Origin: a virus
Taxonomy: Duplodnaviria; Caudoviricetes
Reading direction: 5' to 3' (one strand)
Length of the DNA stretch: 37,315 nucleotides
Virus record (IMG/VR): IMGVR_UViG_3300021082_000067
Coordinates: 1-37,315 of that record
Below, one piece after another: positions 6,706 to 15,825 of the stretch. A program made the translations under genes and the position numbers. How positions within the stretch are numbered: position 1 is the first letter of the stretch; each line of letters opens with the position of its first letter. The notes beneath the pieces were generated by a model, which was not told the origin of the DNA, searched no databases, and saw nothing but the letters and a program-made list of their open reading frames with translations.

Positions 6706-9037
6706 GTATGACCCACAAGAACCGCCAGCATCCGCTGCACCTGCCACTGACACTGATGGTGCTGCTTTCAATTCATATGAAGGCATCATGGCACCTGATG
6801 CACCTGTGCAGAATGATCAACCTGTCTATCGTGTGATAGGTGAGAGCAAGATACCTGTTAGTAAGCATCGTGGCCCATTGTGGCGTTCGCGCTATGATCA
6901 GGGTAAGGCAGCGATGAGTAAGCAGCTTGATGCATGGAATGAAGCATACCGCTACTACCGTCATGATCACACGCGCCAAGGTGCGAGTAGCCGTCATGAG
7001 GAAGACAACACTACCGCTGGAAAGCCTCTCGCTGGAACTTTCGATAGCACTGAGAACATTGTATTCGCCAATGTTAGCGCACTTGTGCCTCTGTTGTTCA
7101 CTAAGAACCCTGATGCTGAGTTCACGTGTGAAGACAAAGCGGACCAAGACAAAGCGCGTGTAGTTGAGAAGCTAGTCAATGTGCTAGCTAGCAAGAAGAC
7201 ATCACCCGGCCTTAATCTCAAGCGCAAGGTCAAGCGTAATATAGTAAGCACCACACTATGCAATGTTGGCTGGTTTGAAGTCGGCTACACGCTGCGTGAA
7301 CAGAGCAGCGATGCAGCGTTGGAAGAGATTAAGAAGCTGAGCTACGAGCTAGAGCAAGCTAAGTCACAGAAGGAGATTAAAGAGACTGAAGGTAAGTTGT
7401 TAGCATTAGAGCAAACGATTGACATGCTCACACCCTCTGGTCCGTGGGTGAAGGTGCGTAGACCTGATCAAGTCATTGTTGATCCTACATCTACCGACCT
7501 AGACCTCAGTGAACCATGCAATTGGGTGATGATTGAAGACCTCATGTACACATCATTACTGCGTGCTCGCTATGGGAGAAAGAAGCCTGATAGCGATGAA
7601 TGGGAAAGTGTATTCTCACCTAGCAATGTTATCAAAGCTGGAGTATCACCAGATCAAGGTGAGCGTGGTCAGACGGACAACTTCCAACTGTTTAGTTATA
7701 GTACAAGCGAGTTCTCCAAGTACGGCTACGCAGATCAAAACTCATTCTTAGCAGCGCAGATGACAAAGGTGGTCTATGTTTGGGACAAAGTATCGCGCCG
7801 CGTTGAACTGTACAACTGCAATGACTGGTGTTATCCCATGTGGGTCTGGGATGATCCTTACAGCGTTGATCAGTTCTTCACTGTCGTTCCGATGGAGTTT
7901 CATACTGACCCAATTACAATGTATGCAAAGGGTGAAGTCACCTACTACCTCGACCAGCAAGATGATGTAAACATCATCAACAATGAATGGGCCAAAGTAC
8001 GCAAGTTCGCTAGTGGTAAGGTGGTGTTTGACAAGAACTCATTCAAAGATGCATCACTGCTTGAGTCGCTCATCAACGGCACAATGGATAGCAACGTCAT
8101 TGGTGTTGACTTGCCAGAGGGCAAGAAGGTGAGTGATGTGTTAGGACCACTGTTGCCACCATCTGCTGATGTGATGAAGTTCTTTGACAAGAAGCCTGTA
8201 CTCGAAGCCATTGATCGCTTGTCAGGTGTAGCATCAGTGCAGCGCGGCGTTGAATACAAGACCAATACGACCAACAAAGCTATCGAGTCGTATGAGAGTC
8301 AGATGCAGACACGCGCTGACGAGAAGATGGATGCTATCGAGGATAGCGTTGGCACCGTCATGTGGCTTGTAGCACAGATGGTGATGCAGTTCATGAACAA
8401 AGACGAAGTAGCTACATTACTAGGAGATGAACTTGCAGCTAATTGGGAACAAACGGATGCAACAACTATACGCCGTCTGTTCACTCCGCGTGTTGTCGGC
8501 GGTTCTACGCTTAAGCCTACGTCTAGAGCGAAGAAGGAACAAGCCCTCCAGATTAGTCAAATCATTGGTCAGTTTACACGCGCAACACCTATTGCGGCTG
8601 TTGTCGCTCTCAAGGTATTAAGTCAAGCATTCGACAACATCACAGTCAGTAAGGAAGACTGGGAACTCATATACAAAGGCATAATCAAAGAGACAAGCGG
8701 TCCATCACGTGAAGAGGCACAAGCTGAACAAGCTAATCAGCAAGGTGAACAGCAGGGTGCAGACCGCAAACAGCAGATGGTCATCGAAGCGATGAAGGCA
8801 CGCGCACAAGCACAAGGTGGCGCACAACAGGCACCGGGAGGTGGTGGCGGCCCCGGTGGTGCTGGTGGGCCACAGATTGACGACATAGCATCAATTGTGC
8901 AACAAGTAGCAGGGCTTATCGACGGTATGCCACCGCAAATCAAGCAACAGCTTGGAATGCAGCTTGCACGTGGTCGTAGTGTAGCTGAAATAGCTACTGA
9001 GATGATACAACAGATGCAGCGCGGTGCAGCCGCTTAG
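6698..9037 (+). CDS. Portal protein
   Basis: 779 aa directly after TerL; helical, VIVDP motif, Gln/Gly-rich C-terminus as in P22-like portals. Confidence 0.85.
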   Translation: MAEYDPQEPPASAAPATDTDGAAFNSYEGIMAPDAPVQNDQPVYRVIGESKIPVSKHRGPLWRSRYDQGKAAMSKQLDAWNEAYRYYRHDHTRQGASSRHEEDNTTAGKPLAGTFDSTENIVFANVSALVPLLFTKNPDAEFTCEDKADQDKARVVEKLVNVLASKKTSPGLNLKRKVKRNIVSTTLCNVGWFEVGYTLREQSSDAALEEIKKLSYELEQAKSQKEIKETEGKLLALEQTIDMLTPSGPWVKVRRPDQVIVDPTSTDLDLSEPCNWVMIEDLMYTSLLRARYGRKKPDSDEWESVFSPSNVIKAGVSPDQGERGQTDNFQLFSYSTSEFSKYGYADQNSFLAAQMTKVVYVWDKVSRRVELYNCNDWCYPMWVWDDPYSVDQFFTVVPMEFHTDPITMYAKGEVTYYLDQQDDVNIINNEWAKVRKFASGKVVFDKNSFKDASLLESLINGTMDSNVIGVDLPEGKKVSDVLGPLLPPSADVMKFFDKKPVLEAIDRLSGVASVQRGVEYKTNTTNKAIESYESQMQTRADEKMDAIEDSVGTVMWLVAQMVMQFMNKDEVATLLGDELAANWEQTDATTIRRLFTPRVVGGSTLKPTSRAKKEQALQISQIIGQFTRATPIAAVVALKVLSQAFDNITVSKEDWELIYKGIIKETSGPSREEAQAEQANQQGEQQGADRKQQMVIEAMKARAQAQGGAQQAPGGGGGPGGAGGPQIDDIASIVQQVAGLIDGMPPQIKQQLGMQLARGRSVAEIATEMIQQMQRGAAA

Positions 9038-9049
9038 TAGGAGGCTTGA

Positions 9050-10108
9050 ATGGCCGAAGAGAAAGACTTGATGAGTGCCGTAGGCGACAGCTTCGGCATC
9101 AAAGACACGCCACAAGAGCAGCCACAGGGTGATGACGGTGGTGACGGAGGACAACAGGACCAACCAATATCACATCCACAAGGTGTGGAAGGTGGTGAAG
9201 GTGGGCAACAGGGTAGTGAAGGTGGTGAAGGTCGCACGGAAACAGGTAGCGACAGGCACACGCCTACAGGTAGAGTCAAAGACGATCAACTATTCCCTGA
9301 TAAACCACGTAAAGGTCCACGTGGTGAGCTACTTGGCAAGAATGGCGAGATCATTGCGTCTACAAGACGTGAAAAGCAGCTAGCATATAACCTAAATCGT
9401 GCTCAGTATGCTGCAAATCAGTCCGCGCGTGACTTGAGGAAGATGCAACAGCACTTCCAGCAGTATCAAGCACTCGACGGCATCATGAAACAGAACAACA
9501 TCTCACCGCAGATGGCTCATGAAGCCATACAACTGCGTGCGATGGCTGAAAAAGACCCAATTCTTGCAGTGCGTGACGTAGTTGCGCGTGTTTTAGCTAC
9601 CGGCGTGACTATGGAACAGCTATTTGGTCAAGATGCTGTACCTGAAATCAGCGCACGTGTGATTACCAACGAACTTGACCGCAGATTAGGTCCACTAGAG
9701 CAACAAACACGCGCAAGACAGAACCAAGCGCGTATTGAAGAGACTGCACAAGTGCAAATGGAGCAATTTGTGCAGCAACACCCACATGCTGAAACGCATG
9801 GTGTGGAAATCAGCAACTTAGTTGCTAATCATCAACTCTCGCCAGAGCGAGCGTACTTCGAGCTACGTAGTTGGGTAGAACGTCGTGGTTTTGACTTCAC
9901 ATCACCACTAAAGCCGCAGATCGAGGCAGCTATGAAGCGCCAACAGGGTGGAGGTCGCAGACAGACCACACCGGGTGATACTCGCGGCATTGCACCGAAT
10001 GGTGGCGTACCAACTCAGTCTACAAACAGTCAGCGCGGAGACTTCCGCAGCAATACACCTTGGCGTGACATTGCGTCGGCTGTCTTCACAGAGTTGAACA
10101 GCAAATAG
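9050..10108 (+). CDS. Capsid scaffolding protein
   Basis: Between portal and capsid; disordered acidic N-terminus, coiled coil, C-terminal amphipathic helix; GGAGG RBS. Confidence 0.75.
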   Translation: MAEEKDLMSAVGDSFGIKDTPQEQPQGDDGGDGGQQDQPISHPQGVEGGEGGQQGSEGGEGRTETGSDRHTPTGRVKDDQLFPDKPRKGPRGELLGKNGEIIASTRREKQLAYNLNRAQYAANQSARDLRKMQQHFQQYQALDGIMKQNNISPQMAHEAIQLRAMAEKDPILAVRDVVARVLATGVTMEQLFGQDAVPEISARVITNELDRRLGPLEQQTRARQNQARIEETAQVQMEQFVQQHPHAETHGVEISNLVANHQLSPERAYFELRSWVERRGFDFTSPLKPQIEAAMKRQQGGGRRQTTPGDTRGIAPNGGVPTQSTNSQRGDFRSNTPWRDIASAVFTELNSK

Positions 10109-10121
10109 ACGAGACACATAG

Positions 10122-11072
10122 ATGCCTGTACTTCAAAACGTGCTTGCGACTACAATTGAGCGTAGTCGTAAGAAGCTCATCGTCGCAGCCATGCAATCAA
10201 ACGCATTGATGGCATGGTGCTTCGCACGTGACCGCATTGAGAACGAAAGCAGCGGTTACAACATCACTAACCCACTGTTGACTGGTCGCAATCCGACAGT
10301 GGGCAGCTATAGCTACTACGACTCTCTCCCCGTAGTGCAAACACAAGAGTTCATCAAACTTGAATATCGTTGGAGCCGTATTGCTGGTACTGTTATCATC
10401 AGCAATCAGGAAGAAGACGAGAACAAGGGTGAACAAGCAGCAGTCAAGCTGTTGCAAGGTAAGCTCGAAGCCCTTGAGATGTCAATCAAGGAGAAGTTCA
10501 GTGTCTACCTCTACGGTCTTGGGGGAGGCAATGATCCGAATGGTCTTGCCCTACTCGTACCTGACGATCCTACCACTGGATCGCTCGCTGGTGTTGATCG
10601 TGCTGCGGAAGTGCAGTGGAGAAGCAGCAGCTACGACTTCGCTGGTACTCTTAACGCGACAAATATCGAGGAAGCCTACGATGATGTCCTGTTGGACCTC
10701 AAGCAGGGTACGGAACGTCCGAAGGTTATCATTACTGGACGTAATCAGTATCGCTTGTATCGTGCTGCCGTGCGTAGCAAACTTACTATACCGCTCAATA
10801 ACACAGGCGCGGGTAAGCGCATGATGGACTTGGGCTTTGATGGTATTAGTCACAACGGCGTGCCGATCATCTATGATGAAAGCTGCCCTGTTGATCGCAG
10901 CTACTTCCTCAACGACACCTACCTTCGCCTTCACATCCTCGGTGACAACAACATGAAGAATGTTGACCTCACTGCACCGTGGACGATTGACGGCTACGGA
11001 CAGCGCGTTATCACTCAGTGCCAGTTCTGCACGTGGAAGCAGTATCGCACTCACGCAGTAGTCAACGACTAG
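10122..11072 (+). CDS. Major capsid protein
   Basis: 316 aa after scaffold; HK97-fold-like pattern (GxGGNDPNGL, GISHNGVPIIYDESCP, YFLN). Confidence 0.9.
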   Translation: MPVLQNVLATTIERSRKKLIVAAMQSNALMAWCFARDRIENESSGYNITNPLLTGRNPTVGSYSYYDSLPVVQTQEFIKLEYRWSRIAGTVIISNQEEDENKGEQAAVKLLQGKLEALEMSIKEKFSVYLYGLGGGNDPNGLALLVPDDPTTGSLAGVDRAAEVQWRSSSYDFAGTLNATNIEEAYDDVLLDLKQGTERPKVIITGRNQYRLYRAAVRSKLTIPLNNTGAGKRMMDLGFDGISHNGVPIIYDESCPVDRSYFLNDTYLRLHILGDNNMKNVDLTAPWTIDGYGQRVITQCQFCTWKQYRTHAVVND

Positions 11073-11077
11073 CAACG

Positions 11078-11092
11078 GTATACTGAGTATAC
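11078..11092. repeat. 15-bp palindromic box, exact copy 4
   Basis: GGTATACTGAGTATACC between capsid stop and next RBS. Confidence 0.95.
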
Positions 11093-11106
11093 CACAGGAG
11101 CGTACA

Positions 11107-11553
11107 ATGGCTGAACAGCCCACAGCAAGTGTTAGCTTCGAGAACCGACCCATGCAAGCACTCAGCATGGATCAGAAGCAGAAGATCATACCTGCTTACA
11201 CCATAGAGCCAATGCAGCGTAAGACTGTCGTTAATCGCACAGTCAAAGATGAGATTGGCTTCCGTGTTGTACCTACTGAGGTAGTAGTGGATGGATACAT
11301 GGTTCGCACACTGCGTGGCGATAGCGTGTTTCTCACCCATGAAGACCTTGTACGCATGAAGCTGGATCGTAACCTAGTGCCGCTGCTTCTTGAAGGTGGC
11401 GATGATACACCAATGGGAATGCAGAATGCTAATGCTGCAATCTCGACGAAACAGAAACAAGCTCTTGACACTCTCACTAAGCTGCTTGAAAACGATCCTA
11501 ACATTGTTGACAAGCTGCTTGCTAGTGTGAATGTCGCAACGCAAGAGGACTAA
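11107..11553 (+). CDS. Hypothetical protein (148 aa)
   Basis: AGGAG RBS; in head operon. Confidence 0.85.
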   Translation: MAEQPTASVSFENRPMQALSMDQKQKIIPAYTIEPMQRKTVVNRTVKDEIGFRVVPTEVVVDGYMVRTLRGDSVFLTHEDLVRMKLDRNLVPLLLEGGDDTPMGMQNANAAISTKQKQALDTLTKLLENDPNIVDKLLASVNVATQED

Positions 11554-11558
11554 TTAAC

Positions 11559-12209
11559 ATGGCGGTACAAGTCGCTATCCCCGGTATGCGCCGCGTCAAT
11601 CACCGCGTAGATCAATGCATGTACGCGGCAGATGTCGGCGTTGATGGACTTACTACAGTTGACATTCCTGCATGTGCAGCAGCCGGTAACACGTTGCTTG
11701 CTAACGCTATCGTGTTAGCTGCGGCTGGCAATGTTGTGCCTACAGGATTGCAGACTGAGTTCTTGATGGGTCGTTATGGTCGTAACGTCACTGTGCTTGG
11801 TCTTGCCGGTGCTACAGGCAATGCCACGCTGGTGGGTTATGACTATCTCGGTCAACCTGTGAGGGAGACATTCGGTCTTGCTGGTGCTACTCCTGTCATC
11901 GGCAAGAAGATGTTCAAGGATGTTGCATATCTTGCAGCACCTATGGCATCGACTTACAGCATCGGTGTTGGTGCTATCTTCGGTGTGCCTTACAAAGTAC
12001 TGCACACTTCGCTGCTCGGTGAGTTGACAAGCGATGTGACAGCGGGAGCGGGTGCGCTTGCTGCTGGTGTCAACGTGCAGACACTCCTCAGTGCCGATCC
12101 ACGCGGTACGTATACGCCAGCAGCGGCACCTGATGGTGTACGATGGTATCGCTTCTCATGCTTCGTTGATCGAAGCAACTTGCATGGTTCTGCACACGTT
12201 ATTGTGTAA
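11559..12209 (+). CDS. Putative virion structural protein (possible capsid decoration)
   Basis: 216 aa Ala/Gly/Val/Thr-rich, beta-type; near capsid gene and upstream of the terminator; GAGG RBS. Confidence 0.55.
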   Translation: MAVQVAIPGMRRVNHRVDQCMYAADVGVDGLTTVDIPACAAAGNTLLANAIVLAAAGNVVPTGLQTEFLMGRYGRNVTVLGLAGATGNATLVGYDYLGQPVRETFGLAGATPVIGKKMFKDVAYLAAPMASTYSIGVGAIFGVPYKVLHTSLLGELTSDVTAGAGALAAGVNVQTLLSADPRGTYTPAAAPDGVRWYRFSCFVDRSNLHGSAHVIV

Positions 12210-12220
12210 CGGAGGATACA

Positions 12221-12463
12221 ATGGCTGACAAGAAAGAGCATGAGTATCAACCACCTCATGCAGCACAGACACCAGCAGTAGCACCAGCGAAGCCTAAGAA
12301 GCTGCGTACTACATTCGGTGATAAGAAGATCGTAGCTACTCGATCATCTCGACAAGGTGATGACGGTTATCAGTTGAGTACAGTTGATACTCAAGTGACA
12401 CTCATCTTTGAAGATGGCAGTGAGAGGGTCGTTAAAGACAGCGACCTGTACGAGCCGCAGTAG
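12221..12463 (+). CDS. Hypothetical protein (80 aa)
   Basis: GGAGG RBS. Confidence 0.8.
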   Translation: MADKKEHEYQPPHAAQTPAVAPAKPKKLRTTFGDKKIVATRSSRQGDDGYQLSTVDTQVTLIFEDGSERVVKDSDLYEPQ

Positions 12464-12501
12464 TTGTTTAGCTATTAGCCTCCCTCGTAGCTAGACACGA
12501 G

Positions 12502-12537
12502 ACAGCCTGCATGGCTTACACTGTGCAGGCTGTTTTT
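12502..12537 (+). terminator. Rho-independent terminator after head genes
   Basis: ACAGCCTGCA...TGCAGGCTGT stem followed by TTTT. Confidence 0.8.
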
Positions 12538-12557
12538 GCTCATGACAGGAGCGTGCG

Positions 12558-13199
12558 ATGGTGCTATTCGGTGAAGTTGTCACTAAGGTGCTACAGCGTT
12601 TGTCATTAGTTGAAGGGTTGGATGCACAGATATACGCTGAGCCACGCATTCAGTTAGCAATACAGCACAAGTTCGATTTGATCTTTAGAGAGTATTGGAT
12701 ACCTGAGTATACAACGATACAAGAAGAGCATGTGCTTGATGGTATCACTGGTCAGATTGTTACCACACTAGAAAACAAGGTAGCAGATTGGCGTGACATT
12801 CACAGTATATTCAGTGAACACGCTCGTAGACCATTACCACTTGCACCAATGACAATGCGTAATGACAACATTCATTACATGAGCATTCGACAGAATGCAA
12901 CAGATAGAGTTAGGTGGTTTAAGATACTGCCAGTGGATACGACAGGCAAGGTATACATCACGTATCGCACCAAGCCAGCAGACTTTCAGCAAGACAGCGA
13001 TGTGATATACATGGACATACAGCTACTCATACTTGGTAGCTGTTGGGATGTGTTAGAAGATGACGGCACCAATCCCGGTGCAAGCGACAAGTTCCGTTCG
13101 CTGTTTCAAGATGCATTAGGTCAGTTCAATAGACAGCAGTTTAACATACCGCATGATTTGATGTTGGCATCACGCTCAACTGTTAGTAGGTGGACCTAA
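12558..13199 (+). CDS. Putative head-tail adaptor (tail tubular protein A-like)
   Basis: 213 aa, position before nozzle, helical N- and C-termini; AGGAG RBS. Confidence 0.6.
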   Translation: MVLFGEVVTKVLQRLSLVEGLDAQIYAEPRIQLAIQHKFDLIFREYWIPEYTTIQEEHVLDGITGQIVTTLENKVADWRDIHSIFSEHARRPLPLAPMTMRNDNIHYMSIRQNATDRVRWFKILPVDTTGKVYITYRTKPADFQQDSDVIYMDIQLLILGSCWDVLEDDGTNPGASDKFRSLFQDALGQFNRQQFNIPHDLMLASRSTVSRWT

Positions 13200-15712
13200 T
13201 GGTGCAGATGGTTAGCAGGGCGCTTAAGCCACTCGGTAGACCTAAGCAGAAGCGACCAACTAGCAAGCTACAGAATACCACTGTGCGTGACTTCGGTGGT
13301 GGGCTGAACGTCGTTGACAGCGAGCAGAACTTGACTAGTAAGTTCTCACCTGTGTTCGACAACATGGTGACATATACTGATAGGCGCGTAGGGCCACGTT
13401 ATGGCTATGAGATGTGGTTGAAGTTGAAGACTGGCACCACCGCTAGTATGTCAGTAAGCATAAGCATCGGTACAACAGCAGAGTCACGCTACGTCATCGT
13501 CAATCACCCACTACATGGGCTTACTCTTACTACTCCTACCAATCCTACAATCGAACACGTGACTATCAGTGGTTGGGACATCACCTACAACGGTGTCACA
13601 CCGGCAATGATGAACCGCACTCATAGTGTATACAAGGTATTTGACGCTAACTCATACCAGATATTCCTCACTAACTCTGCAACACTATCAGGTACTAGCC
13701 CTAACGAGTCAGTCACAGTAGTACGTGATAACCACCTATTGGGTGGTGAACCTATAGAGTGCAAGTACTTCTCCAACTACGTCATCTTGTGGACAAGCGT
13801 TGGTGAGATCATACGCATTGATCGTAACAAGATCGCACAGCGTATATGGAGTGCGTCAATTGCAATGACGCTACCTGACAACTCGCAGCCGTGGTCAGCT
13901 ACAGAGTTGGTAGCTAGTGACATATTCCGTAAAGACTTAATCTGTAGCAACGGTAGAGATAAGCCGTTGAAGATTGACTTCACACAGACTGATGGCAATT
14001 GGGTTAGGTATCTAAGTGATACAGATGGCAGCTTCGAGATACCAGCGTTCGATGCGTGTAAGTCAGCATTCAGGTACTTCACAGTGCATGACACCGATCC
14101 ACGTGAGTTGCCTGAGCATCTAACAGAGATACGCATATCAGCTCAAGATACTGCTGTAGTATACAGTGGTTCATCTGCACCTAACGATGCAGTTGACATT
14201 GACATGAGTGCTATCATTGCAAGCCCTGAACAAGCCGTGCGTGGCTTTGCAATCATCAAGGATGCACTGCTGGTCATCACACCGAACGCAACAACGATGA
14301 TGAAGTACGGTGCGAAGACTGAGGCTACGTTACCAGTGCATGATCCTGCACCTGTTGATACGCTGACTGGCTTCGGCACCAATGCACCGCGGACTATCGT
14401 TGAGATAGGCAGCGATATGTTCATGATTGACTTCAACGGTGTTCCATCAGCTAAGCTATCAACGCTGAGCAACAACATCGTGCCTGAGCGTGTTAGCAAC
14501 TACATCGAAACGATGCTATCGCAGCACATTGGTAGGTTGCAGAAGGAGACAATGCGACTACACGCATTTGGCTTCTTTGATGCTAAGAATAAGACTGTGC
14601 ACTTCTATCTGCCTAAGTACGACTTGAACGATATGCGTGATTTGACTGCTGATCCACTGTTCTTTGACGCAGACATGGCAAAGCATGACTTCCTCAAGCG
14701 CACGTTGGTGATGCGACTTGATGATCATCAGCTAGAGCAGGGAGACACTATCAATATCAGCGGTGCTACTAGCTTCTCTGGTGTTAGTGAAGCGAACATC
14801 AACGGCGTGCAGACTATAATGGGTATACTGAGTGTAAACTACGTTCTCATATCCATCAATCAAGACTTACCTATGCCAGCCTCATCGTCAACTACAAACG
14901 GTGGCGGTAATGCGATTATAGTGCATCCACGCAATGATGCGACTGTTGGCTATATCTACCACTACGTACCACAGTTGAAGCTCACTGCTTGGTCACGCTT
15001 TAAGACTAAGAACACAGGTGGTACATCAGGTACAGGACCATTACGCTTCAACTGCGGCTGTGGTACTATTGAAGGTCGCAGCTTCCTGTTCACACAGGAT
15101 GGCTACATGATGCGCTACGGCTCACCTGATCATCAGGTGTATGCTGACTGGTATGGCATGTATGACTTCATATCGTGGACTAGTGGTCAAGCGTACTTCG
15201 CTGGTCAACGTGTATTCGATGGTGCAGACGCATTAGTGTATAAGTGCCTCGCCAATGTCACAACTACAGCTACTACGTTCGCAGAAGCACGTGCATTAGA
15301 ACCTGATAGCTGGGAAGAGTACAAAGGCGAGCCAGTTGAGTTTGCTTGGGAACTACCGTGGTCAGACTTCGGTCAACGTCAAGCTACTAAGGGCTTGCGC
15401 TTTATACATCTAGATGCCAATGGCACATCGCAATTCAAACTAGCGGTGTTCGCTGATAACATATACAAGAACGCAGCTACAGGTCAGCTAACACCAGCAC
15501 GTGAGTTGTTGTTCGTACCTAATGAGTCGCCAGCATATGGTGCTGGTTCACAAGTATATGGTGCAGGTAGACGAACACGCGAACAGAAGCTGTGGCAAGT
15601 GCCTATTAAGTGCAAGATACTAAAGACACGTATCACTGGTAATACAACAGGGCCTATGTCAATTAGTGCAATCAGTATGATGTATCAACGTGGATCACTA
15701 GTGCGCGGGTAG
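13199..15712 (+). CDS. Tail nozzle / tubular protein B-like (P22 gp10 / T7 gp12 position)
   Basis: ~837 aa beta-rich; DFGGGLN N-terminal motif; ATG coupled to upstream TAA. Confidence 0.7.
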   Translation: MVQMVSRALKPLGRPKQKRPTSKLQNTTVRDFGGGLNVVDSEQNLTSKFSPVFDNMVTYTDRRVGPRYGYEMWLKLKTGTTASMSVSISIGTTAESRYVIVNHPLHGLTLTTPTNPTIEHVTISGWDITYNGVTPAMMNRTHSVYKVFDANSYQIFLTNSATLSGTSPNESVTVVRDNHLLGGEPIECKYFSNYVILWTSVGEIIRIDRNKIAQRIWSASIAMTLPDNSQPWSATELVASDIFRKDLICSNGRDKPLKIDFTQTDGNWVRYLSDTDGSFEIPAFDACKSAFRYFTVHDTDPRELPEHLTEIRISAQDTAVVYSGSSAPNDAVDIDMSAIIASPEQAVRGFAIIKDALLVITPNATTMMKYGAKTEATLPVHDPAPVDTLTGFGTNAPRTIVEIGSDMFMIDFNGVPSAKLSTLSNNIVPERVSNYIETMLSQHIGRLQKETMRLHAFGFFDAKNKTVHFYLPKYDLNDMRDLTADPLFFDADMAKHDFLKRTLVMRLDDHQLEQGDTINISGATSFSGVSEANINGVQTIMGILSVNYVLISINQDLPMPASSSTTNGGGNAIIVHPRNDATVGYIYHYVPQLKLTAWSRFKTKNTGGTSGTGPLRFNCGCGTIEGRSFLFTQDGYMMRYGSPDHQVYADWYGMYDFISWTSGQAYFAGQRVFDGADALVYKCLANVTTTATTFAEARALEPDSWEEYKGEPVEFAWELPWSDFGQRQATKGLRFIHLDANGTSQFKLAVFADNIYKNAATGQLTPARELLFVPNESPAYGAGSQVYGAGRRTREQKLWQVPIKCKILKTRITGNTTGPMSISAISMMYQRGSLVRG

Positions 15713-15722
15713 CCGTATGCTA

Positions 15723-15751
15723 TTGACAACATTGAAGAAACGTGCTATGTC
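15723..15751 (+). promoter_or_regulatory. Rightward (late-arm) promoter, copy 2
   Basis: TTGACAAC-att-GAAGAA-acg-TGCTATG, 21 of 27 positions identical to 1714-1740. Confidence 0.7.
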
Positions 15752-15825
15752 TTCACTGCTTCGCGCAGCGATACAGCACAGATACGCGGCGGCTACATTG
15801 CCATTGATTTTATGGTGGCATTGAT

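Noticed and set aside
11070-11114. Capsid stop read-through (TAG-CAA) or frameshift extension
   Set aside because: In-frame TGA follows after 13 codons and no slippery sequence is evident
10551-11168. 205-aa antisense ORF over the capsid gene (and similar antisense ORFs elsewhere)
   Set aside because: Explained by codon bias of the sense gene; no RBS or recognisable motifs
12697-12712. GGATACCTGAGTATAC and half-site at 33245 as further boxes
   Set aside because: Need an indel or match only one arm; could be chance
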